A model generated the notes under the pieces. That model made no database searches, had not been told where the DNA came from, and was given only the letters and a program-made list of their open reading frames with translations. DNA of 64,000 nucleotides from an uncultured Nitrososphaerales archaeon (GTDB taxonomy: Archaea; Thermoproteota; Nitrososphaeria; Nitrososphaerales; Nitrososphaeraceae). The position numbers and the translations under genes are program-made. Positions 56,028-64,000 of the stretch are shown here, in pieces. The first letter of the stretch is position 1, and every line of letters starts with the position of its first letter. Location of the stretch: NCBI GenBank assembly GCA_963695855.1, contig CAVOHZ010000010.1:1632001-1696000 (forward strand), written 5' to 3'.

Positions 56028-56031
56028 TGGA

Positions 56032-57042
56032 TTAAGGTCCCAATGGACTGTTCTGGCAGACTACGAATGCTTTGAGGGAAATACCTGATCCAACTCCAAC
56101 TCCTGTTACATTCCAGCCTGTTCCATCTGTTGTCATACGAGATGTTTCTACGGTAGATGCCCCTGCTTTTGTAAACCCTCCACCGGTTACAACATCATCG
56201 TCTTCACAGTTAGCGATTGAACTTAAGGCAATGCCTGTTGTATCAGCAGTACCTTCATTTTGATAGGTAGTTGGTGTGAATGCTATATTACAAACCTCTG
56301 CAGTTGCGTCTACAACCCATACACCTTCCAAGTCACTAAGCGGTGGACATTGTTCTGCTGGGGTTGCTGCATCACAGAGTTGTGGGTCTGTTACTATTGC
56401 ACTACCCAAGTTAGAATCTGCTTTACATGTAAAGGTTGGAACATCTATACTACAATTTGCATCAGTTGCTTCTACTACCCATACACCTTCCAAGTCAGTA
56501 AGTGGTCCACACTGTTCTGCTGGGGTTGCTACATTACACAGATCTGGGTCTGTTACTTTTGCACCTGCACCCAAGTTAGAATCTGCTTCACATGTAAACA
56601 AGGTGACTTCTTGAGGTGGTTGTGAATCAGCAATACCTCTTGTCTGTTCGTTGCCATTAGCATTTACACAAACGTTTACAAGGTTTCTGTCAAAGTTTAT
56701 TTTATCGAGTCCGTTACCAATCTCTGTATTTGCGGCTTCTGGACCTCCTTCATTTGCTGCTTCTAAGGCAGTATTGTCGCGAGGTATCTCGGTAACATCT
56801 ACACCATTTACGTTGAGGTTACTATTTCTACAATTTATTTTCTGGATATCTGTGTAAGAACTCTTTTGATCTTTTTTATCATAACTATACCTATTGTCGT
56901 CTTGGTAATAGTTATTGTCGTATCCATACTGATTGTCGTACATTTCCGCTTGTGCATTCCATATCATTGATGGGCTTAAAGCCAATAGACCTGCGGCTAC
57001 TATCACTGTGATAGAAGCCAGAACTATCTTGTTATTGGTCAT
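56032..57042 (-). CDS. Secreted surface protein, paralog 2 with two ~55-aa Cys-rich repeats
   Basis: Same N-terminal module as paralog 1; FTC-ADSNLG...ATPAEQC-PL-DLEGVWVV x2; C-terminal VVTGGGF...WNV domain. Confidence 0.8.
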   Translation of the reverse strand: MTNNKIVLASITVIVAAGLLALSPSMIWNAQAEMYDNQYGYDNNYYQDDNRYSYDKKDQKSSYTDIQKINCRNSNLNVNGVDVTEIPRDNTALEAANEGGPEAANTEIGNGLDKINFDRNLVNVCVNANGNEQTRGIADSQPPQEVTLFTCEADSNLGAGAKVTDPDLCNVATPAEQCGPLTDLEGVWVVEATDANCSIDVPTFTCKADSNLGSAIVTDPQLCDAATPAEQCPPLSDLEGVWVVDATAEVCNIAFTPTTYQNEGTADTTGIALSSIANCEDDDVVTGGGFTKAGASTVETSRMTTDGTGWNVTGVGVGSGISLKAFVVCQNSPLGP

Positions 57043-57143
57043 TACATTCTTAAATACGAATTTAATATATCTGAGGTTGGAAGGAACATTATCTAATGGT
57101 GTAATATTTTATCATGCTGAATTATTGAATATAAGAAGAATAG
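57039..57143 (-). repeat. Upstream/promoter repeat, short copy 2
   Basis: CATTACATT...AGGTTGGAAGGAACATTATCTAAT...AGAAGAATAG. Confidence 0.85.
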
Positions 57144-57245
57144 AAAATGATATTTAGGTGGAAAGAAAGTGAAATCCTAGCATTACAGCAACCAATACAG
57201 GTCCACGAAAGACCCAAGATAAGAAATAATATCAGCATGACAAGC

Positions 57246-57290
57246 ATAGAGGGGATGGGATTTGAACCCGTTACGTGCATTCAATGGTTT
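57246..57290 (-). repeat. tRNA 3'-end-like motif, copy C (possible att site)
   Basis: Minus strand GGGTTCAAATCCCATCCCCTCTA; flank resembles copies A and B. Confidence 0.7.
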
Positions 57291-57345
57291 GTGCAGTTCA
57301 TACTTAAGAAACAGATAGAAACTAAAATTGAAGAATTATAGACAT

Positions 57346-57522
57346 TTAATCTTCAAAGAAAGGTCTATGTTGAACATCGAAACCTGGAGAGATATTTGCA
57401 AATTGCATTATTGTGATCATTTTGCATATTTTGTCCTGTAACTCTGAATGTTCAATGAATTTCTTTTTACAAATAGGACATTTAGTTTCTTTTCCTACAT
57501 TCATAATGTTACTATTGCTCAT
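57346..57522 (-). CDS. 58-aa zinc-finger protein (not in ORF track)
   Basis: MSNSNIMNVGKETKCPICKKKFIEHSELQDKIC...; starts inside repeat copy 3. Confidence 0.55.
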   Translation of the reverse strand: MSNSNIMNVGKETKCPICKKKFIEHSELQDKICKMITIMQFANISPGFDVQHRPFFED

Positions 57523-57728
57523 TACATTCTTAAATACGATTTTATTATATCTAAGGTTGGAAGGAACATTATCTAATCCTGTAATATTTTATCATGCTGA
57601 ATTATTGAATATAAGAAGAATAGCAATTGATCTACAAGTACAATATGAGATGTTATAATAATCTCAAGAATTATATTTTGTTAGTTTGTTAGTTAATTAA
57701 TTACCAAGAATTGGTACAAAACAAAAAA
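57518..57728 (-). repeat. ~210-bp upstream/promoter repeat, copy 3
   Basis: Near-identical to 55814-56027. Confidence 0.9.
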
Positions 57729-58043
57729 TAAGAATTATTAAGAGTACATGTTTGCTCTGTTTCTCGACTTTAGCGTCTTTCCTTTCCTGTTGTTGCTTCT
57801 TATCGTACTCGTATCGTGGAGGTCCACCATTATGCATGATCATAGTTATACATTCATCCCATGAAGAATTCACAAACTGTTCATAAGTATAGTTACCAGT
57901 TCTAAACGTTGGACCTTTGAAAATAAACTGTATATTATTAACGAATATGTATTAATATAAAGGTATGAAATAATAAAAAATATTAATTGTTGACTAGCAA
58001 CTAAAACCATGACTTTTTATGCAAGCAATCTATAGAGAAAGAC

Positions 58044-58547
58044 ATGAAAATTCTATTATTGGGATTATTCATGTTGTGTCTTATTCCCTACATGCCTAGT
58101 ATTTTTGCACAAACACAAAATAACAATAACCAGCAATTAATAGAGTTAGTTAACGAGGAAAATGCGAGATATGAAAAAGTGCATGATTCATTTGTAACTG
58201 GGTTGCTCATGGCTTGTTCGCGTGAGGAATTGGTTGTTTTCAACTTCGAGGCAGAATGCACGAATGCAAGGAATGACATCCAAAAAGGAGGTCTTACTGA
58301 TCAGGCATTTGATGATCTGGAGATAAGATATGCTTCACTTCTGGAGAAATTTGGACTAGACGAGCCTGAAAAAGTTACTATGGCATGTGCGAATGAAGTG
58401 CAAGTTTTACAAGACTATACAAATTTGAACGCTTGTGCTCACTTCATGCAAGAATATAATAATTTAATGCAAAAAACACTGGATACTTATAAAGATTTGA
58501 AAGAGAAGATGTGTCTTTCAAAAACTAATGATCTTGCTTGTATTTAG
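58044..58547 (+). CDS. Secreted helical Cys-containing protein
   Basis: Signal peptide ending IFAQ; six Cys in the mature part. Confidence 0.7.
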   Translation: MKILLLGLFMLCLIPYMPSIFAQTQNNNNQQLIELVNEENARYEKVHDSFVTGLLMACSREELVVFNFEAECTNARNDIQKGGLTDQAFDDLEIRYASLLEKFGLDEPEKVTMACANEVQVLQDYTNLNACAHFMQEYNNLMQKTLDTYKDLKEKMCLSKTNDLACI

Positions 58548-58868
58548 ACTACCTAATCATCTTTATTCTTTTTATGATACTGGTATACTTCTGCCTTTTC
58601 GTCTAATGCATAGGAAGAATAGAAAATAATTTTTAATTAAATTTTTGTGGACAGGTCCACAATTATTTTAGTTAATCAACTAACCAAAAATATTTTTAAC
58701 AAAGAACCAATTACTTTTATTTAGTTGTTATCGCGTTATGGCTAGACTATCTTCTGATAATATTATTATAAAAAAGAGTAGATTATTGTTATGGCGAATT
58801 TGACAATATTTTCAAAAATAATGGAAAACAAAATTAATTCAATACTCGAAAAAATTAATATTTCTAAA

Positions 58869-59879
58869 TTATATTGATTCTTGTAATTGATATGTCTTTT
58901 CTTTTTGTTTTAAATTATTTGTTTGATTTTTCAGTATATCATCATATAGATTAATTAAATCAAAAATATTCTTTTCATATATTTTTGTATTTCTTACTTC
59001 TCGATCATAAATTGGATCAAATTTTTTTTCGCATGTTATTTGTCTGAACTTGATATAATTTTTATTATCATTAGTTATGTATATCATAGCCTTTAGTAAA
59101 TTTTCTATATTCTCTTGAATTATTTTATTCCTTGGTATAAAATTATATAAAAAGATACCTTCCAATTGATCCAAAAAAGAGGAAGATAAACTTCCATGAA
59201 CACTGTGAGACCTATGAAAAATAATCTTTTCAACAAGACCTTGATCTTCAGGAAAACCTTCAGGAAAACCATCAAAATTTTCTTCAACTATCGCTACGCT
59301 TTTTGCTTCAGCAATGATCTGAAACTGCTTCATTAATTCATCAGAGAGAATCCTACTTAGAATCATCTTGGATATTTCGTTAACTTTGAAATCCGATATT
59401 ATTTTAAAAAATCTGTATATTAACAAATTACATATATTTTTTATATATAGTTCTGTAACAGAATCTAATGTATTATTGTATTGTTCAAAAGAATTTAAAT
59501 CATTTTTTGTCCATCCACTATTTAATAACAAACTTCTTCTTCCCCTTTCATCCGCTTTCATCAATTTTTCATATTTTTTAACTTCATTTTGTAATGATGA
59601 AAATTTCTTATGAATATAATCAACATTATCAAATAAGTCCGTTATTTCTGTGCCTAATGGGGTAAGAATTTTGAGTTCTTTTTGTTTATTCACTTTTTTT
59701 ATCTCCAAAATCTTTCCATCTTTAAGCAATTTTATTGCTCTTTTAATTGCTGGGCCATCCTTGCTACCGGTTGCTTCATTCACTTCTTTTACGATTCTGT
59801 TTACCCATAAGTTTTCATTTTTGTGAGTGCAATATACATTTAAAATATCTATACATTTAGAAACTGGGAGCGTTTCCAT
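58869..59879 (-). CDS. Hypothetical protein with N-terminal winged helix
   Basis: AIKLLKDGKILE...LTPLG wing motif. Confidence 0.65.
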   Translation of the reverse strand: METLPVSKCIDILNVYCTHKNENLWVNRIVKEVNEATGSKDGPAIKRAIKLLKDGKILEIKKVNKQKELKILTPLGTEITDLFDNVDYIHKKFSSLQNEVKKYEKLMKADERGRRSLLLNSGWTKNDLNSFEQYNNTLDSVTELYIKNICNLLIYRFFKIISDFKVNEISKMILSRILSDELMKQFQIIAEAKSVAIVEENFDGFPEGFPEDQGLVEKIIFHRSHSVHGSLSSSFLDQLEGIFLYNFIPRNKIIQENIENLLKAMIYITNDNKNYIKFRQITCEKKFDPIYDREVRNTKIYEKNIFDLINLYDDILKNQTNNLKQKEKTYQLQESI

Positions 59880-60092
59880 TCTGGTTGTTAATTACTACGA
59901 GTTTATATATTAATAAATGTTTTTAATACTAATGATTCATAAAAATTTCAATTCGATTCAAACGTATCATCGAGTTTGGCTGAAAAATAGAAAATCATTG
60001 ATGATAGGTATGCTGGCAACAATAGCATACCTTGTAAATTTAAGTACAAAATCGATGAAAAAATTAGAAGATGAATTTACTTCATTTCAAAA

Positions 60093-60350
60093 ATGGAGGC
60101 AATTTACTTGACTAGCAATAATTATCCAAATATCAAATGTCTCTATTGCGATGCAAGAATAGCAACTGGTTACCCACATTCATTCTATCACGCCTACAAA
60201 GAGCATCCTGAAAAGATAAGAGAAGTCTTTGAAAATGGATATAGATTGATACCCTTGGACATACGAAAGTTGATGGTAAAGGAACGAATGTATAAAATGT
60301 TTTTAGAAACATTGGAAGAAATTGATAAATGTGAAAAGGAACTGATGTAA
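60093..60350 (+). CDS. C2H2-type zinc-finger protein
   Basis: CLYC...HAYKEH. Confidence 0.6.
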   Translation: MEAIYLTSNNYPNIKCLYCDARIATGYPHSFYHAYKEHPEKIREVFENGYRLIPLDIRKLMVKERMYKMFLETLEEIDKCEKELM

Positions 60351-60448
60351 TAAATATGACTAAATTTTTAGATACAGATTATGATCATCTTTTTAGATGC
60401 GGTTATATGAAACAAAATAATTCAATTGTACAAGTGGAGGAATCTTAA

Positions 60449-61279
60449 TTGTCTAACACTTATCAAAATGGTCATTCAAACAATAGCGAAAAAGAAACAA
60501 CACAATTAAAAAATATAGGGAATGTCTCAAAGAAAGAGGCTGTAGAAGAATTACAGACAACATTTGGATCTATTAGATTGAAATTAAATACTAAATTATT
60601 TAACTCGTCCATATTTTCAATAATACAAGATAATCCTTGTCTTGTAAAATGTATACATGATTTAAGAAATAAAAATGATAATAATATTGATTCGTTTTAT
60701 ATTGCAAAACATGAATGGATAAAGAGGAAAATAATAGATGCGATATTGGATAAATTTGACAATCAAATAGAAGTAAGATCTGAATATAGTCTTTCTAATG
60801 GAAAATTAGATATAATCATATTACAAATGCTGTATGATAAAATCCAAATCCAGTACAAAACAAAAACAATTGCAATCGAGATAAAAAGTGGAGAGACAGT
60901 AAATAGTAAGTTTTTTTGTCAGATCGAAAGATATCTTACGGATACGGATGTATTGTTAATGATAAGAGTTCCTACTCAAGATGTTGTTGCTATTTATAGC
61001 GATAGAATCATGAATGAACTAATAGAAGATCTTTCGTTATTGAGAAGAAAAGCAGATAAAATATTATCCAATTCAGTAAAAAAAGTTCCTGGTGAATGGT
61101 GTAGGGAATGCAATGCAGATTGTGAATTTAAGAAATATCCTAAATGGAACTCTAGTCATAAAGGTTCGTTTAAAGGTTATGAGGAACTTCTAAAGGATGT
61201 AAATATTGTTATTACAAAATTAATTATAATTCTAGAACAAATACTTAAAGAATATCAACAAAAGGAAATTAAATCATGA
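60449..61279 (+). CDS. PD-(D/E)XK nuclease, Cas4/RecB-like
   Basis: H...E(Y)...GKLDII...IEIKSG...QIERY; C-terminal PGEWCRECNADC. Confidence 0.7.
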   Translation: MSNTYQNGHSNNSEKETTQLKNIGNVSKKEAVEELQTTFGSIRLKLNTKLFNSSIFSIIQDNPCLVKCIHDLRNKNDNNIDSFYIAKHEWIKRKIIDAILDKFDNQIEVRSEYSLSNGKLDIIILQMLYDKIQIQYKTKTIAIEIKSGETVNSKFFCQIERYLTDTDVLLMIRVPTQDVVAIYSDRIMNELIEDLSLLRRKADKILSNSVKKVPGEWCRECNADCEFKKYPKWNSSHKGSFKGYEELLKDVNIVITKLIIILEQILKEYQQKEIKS

Positions 61280-62355
61280 CTAGCAATACTACTCATATAT
61301 GGAAATGTAGGCTTTGTCATAATAATTTTATTCCAAAAGATCTTAATTTATCACATCTTACAAGATCTGCACCAGTCTATTGTTCTATAGAATGTCGTAT
61401 TAAGGGTTCAAGAACACTTAAGACTATTCTTTGTGATAACCCTAATTGTGGCAAACCAATAAAAAGACAACCTAATCATATAAAAAGAAACAAGCATAAT
61501 TTTTGCAATAATTATTGCCATAAAATATGGCAACGAGAGAGTGGCTATATGGCCGGTGAACAAAATCCAGGATGGCTTGGAGGGCTTGACTGTCGTTATA
61601 GAGGGCCAAACTGGAATAAACAAAAACAAAAAGCATTAGAACAAGACAACTATACATGTCAAAAATGTGGTATTAAAAATGCAAATCTTGTAGTCCATCA
61701 TATAAGACCTTATCAATTATTTGATGATTGTATAAAAGCAAATGATCTGTCAAATCTAAGAACTTTATGTAAAAATTGTCATGGTATAGAGGAACATAAA
61801 TTTATTAAATCTAATCCCAATTTACTACAATTAAGAAGGATACCAAAGAATATTCCTCCTGTCAAAAAATGTATTAAGTGTAATAATATGTTTCAACCAT
61901 TGACCTATAAATCAAAGGCATGTGATAATTGTATGATAAGTAAATGTCTCAACTGTGCAAAAGATTATCGTGTAAAAGAATATTACAAGTTAAAAACTCA
62001 GAAATTCTGTAGTCCCCTCTGTGTATATAAATACTATAATAAGAAAGGTATCTGGCCAATTAGAAAGATAATACCATCTACTATAAAGAAGATGAAGATC
62101 TTGCGAGATCAAGGAATGTCATACAAAAAAATTGCAATTCAACTAGGGTTCAGTAAATATGCCGTTAGAAACAATTTGTTAAAATCCTTTGGTAGGAATG
62201 CTATTCAGTATTCTACTACTCATGTAGATAATACATTGATGGAGAAAATGCAAATACTAAGCAATCAAGGTCTTTCTACAAGAAATATTGCTACTCGATT
62301 AGGAATTGGCAAATCCACTGTTGCAAAATATTTAAAGAATCATAGGATGACATAG
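61276..62355 (+). CDS. HNH endonuclease with zinc fingers and two HTH domains
   Basis: DNYTCQKCG...VHHI...NDLSNLRTLCKNCH; YCS/FCS fingers; GMSYKKIA and GLSTRNIA HTHs. Confidence 0.85.
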   Translation: MTSNTTHIWKCRLCHNNFIPKDLNLSHLTRSAPVYCSIECRIKGSRTLKTILCDNPNCGKPIKRQPNHIKRNKHNFCNNYCHKIWQRESGYMAGEQNPGWLGGLDCRYRGPNWNKQKQKALEQDNYTCQKCGIKNANLVVHHIRPYQLFDDCIKANDLSNLRTLCKNCHGIEEHKFIKSNPNLLQLRRIPKNIPPVKKCIKCNNMFQPLTYKSKACDNCMISKCLNCAKDYRVKEYYKLKTQKFCSPLCVYKYYNKKGIWPIRKIIPSTIKKMKILRDQGMSYKKIAIQLGFSKYAVRNNLLKSFGRNAIQYSTTHVDNTLMEKMQILSNQGLSTRNIATRLGIGKSTVAKYLKNHRMT

Positions 62356-62659
62356 TAAATACTATAGAAGATGGATATTTTTAAATTACCTCGAGTTCTT
62401 TTATGATTTTTTTTGATTCGTCTTCTCCAATCTTTTAATACTTCCATATATACTCATGCCTATTAACTACATATCCTTTAACGAATTATTTAATATGGTC
62501 ATATTGGGATTTTATTGATAATGAATTACAATCAAGATTTAATTACCTTGATCCTTCTAATGAAGTCTTATTAAGTGTAATTTAGATATTTAATTATAAA
62601 CTGCAAATTATTTTATTAGAAAGAAGAATAAAATTAAAATACATAATGGTGATGCTTCC

Positions 62660-64000
62660 TTGAAAAATATCCGTGATTTTGAACGGGCAAGAGAATATGT
62701 AAGAACCTTAGGGATTAAAAGTGTAAACGGCTGGAAAAAATATTGGAAAAAGGAGCAAAAACCCGAAGATATACCTTACAATCCGGATAGGGAATATAAA
62801 AATAAAGGTTGGATGGGTTGGGGAGATTTTCTTGGAACAAAAAATGTTTCTTCCAAACAGGACTATTATTTACCTTTTGAAGATGCAAGAGAGTTTGTAA
62901 GAAAACGAGGACTGAAAACTTATGGCGAATGGCGTAAATATTGCACATCTAAAGAAAAGCCTGCAGATATTCCTTCAAAGCCTGAGGTTTACTACAAGAA
63001 TAAAGGTTGGATTGATTTTGGAGACTGGCTTGGAACAACTTATTTACCATTTGAACAGGCAAGAGAGTTTGTAAGAAAACTAGGACTGAGAAATCAAATT
63101 CAATGGCGTAAGTATTGTAAATCCCAAGAAAAACCAATTACAATACCATCTAATCCTGATAAGACATACAAAAATAAAGGTTGGACTGATTTTGGAGACT
63201 GGCTTGGAACATATGCTATAGCACCTCAAAAAAGAAAATTTTTACCTTTTGAAGATGCAAGAGATATTGTAAGAAAATTAGGACTGAATAATGTTGATGA
63301 ATATGAAAAATATCATAAAAAAAATAAACCAAAACAAATACCATATTCGCCTCAAAGATATTATAAAAATAAAGGATGGATTGATTTTGGAGACTGGCTT
63401 GGAACATATACTATAGCACCTCAAAAAAGGAAATATCGCCCATTCAATGAAGCACGATAGTTTGCTCGGTCGCTTAATCTAATTAGTTCAGCAAATTGGG
63501 ATGAATATGTGACAAAAAATGATTTACCTTCAGATATACCCAAAGCACCATACATAGTTTACAAAGAAGAATGGCAAGGATGGGGTGATTTCCTTGGAAC
63601 TGGAATAGTGGCTACGCAGGATGCAGGATGGTCTATAGAAAAAGTAAAAGAGTTGTTAAGAGATTTGATAAAAAATAAGGTAATTTACCAATGGAATGAA
63701 GATGCACGTCTTTACAAAGTCTTAATGACTAAAGGAGTATTAAATTTAAAAAGTGAGAATAGACATTCTAATTTTTTTAAAAACTTGAGACAAACTGTAA
63801 AAACAGAAGAAGGAAGAAAAATTATTGAGGAATATGCATTTTCACAAAGCAATGATATACCAGACTTATCCAATACATATTCAGAAAATAACGATGAAGA
63901 AATTCCAATAGCATCAAATGAAGAACTGATTAATTTAGTCAACGATAAAGAAGAGCCGTTAGACTATAAAGAGCCACCAACAGTTGAGCAGATTCTATCC
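62660..64000 (+). pseudogene. 'Integrase-repeat'-type protein with an in-frame TAG, open to window end
   Basis: Repeats FEDAREFVRKLGL...W..Y...KP-DIP--P---YKNKGW-DFGDWLGT; TAG 63458-63460, then the frame continues (FARSLNL...GWGDFLGT...) to 64000. Confidence 0.75.

Larger units (their letters stand above)
45962..57290. mobile_element. Putative integrated plasmid-like element (~11.3 kb)
   Basis: Bounded by motif copies B and C; visibly less AT-rich in parts; Topo VIII-like gene, SF3 helicase, several RHH genes, SWIM; no intact integrase inside. Confidence 0.6.

Overview
AT-rich archaeal DNA; gene content and order point to a soil ammonia-oxidising thaumarchaeon (Nitrososphaeraceae, Ca. Nitrosocosmicus-like; inferred). 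1-18.6 kb is housekeeping: rpoD-L18e-L13-S9-SBDS-exosome-L37ae-Pcc1-prefoldin superoperon, cupredoxin, sufC, chlorite dismutase family/DUF1802/AKR operon, GINS-MCM, RFC, queC-queE-folE. From ~19 kb on it is accessory: a pore-less voltage-sensor-like protein, a subtilase, a nurA-herA-mre11-rad50 operon, several IS5/IS6 elements and remnants, an orphan rearranged CRISPR-like array, decayed tyrosine integrases and many pseudogenes. Three same-orientation tRNA-3'-end-like motifs (35.4, 46.0, 57.2 kb) divide the right half into ~11 kb blocks. One block is a plasmid-like element with a fused topoisomerase VI B+A (Topo VIII-like) gene and an SF3 helicase; the last carries a Cas4-like nuclease, an HNH nuclease and a repeat protein with an in-frame TAG. 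All calls come from motif reading by eye; no database search was run.
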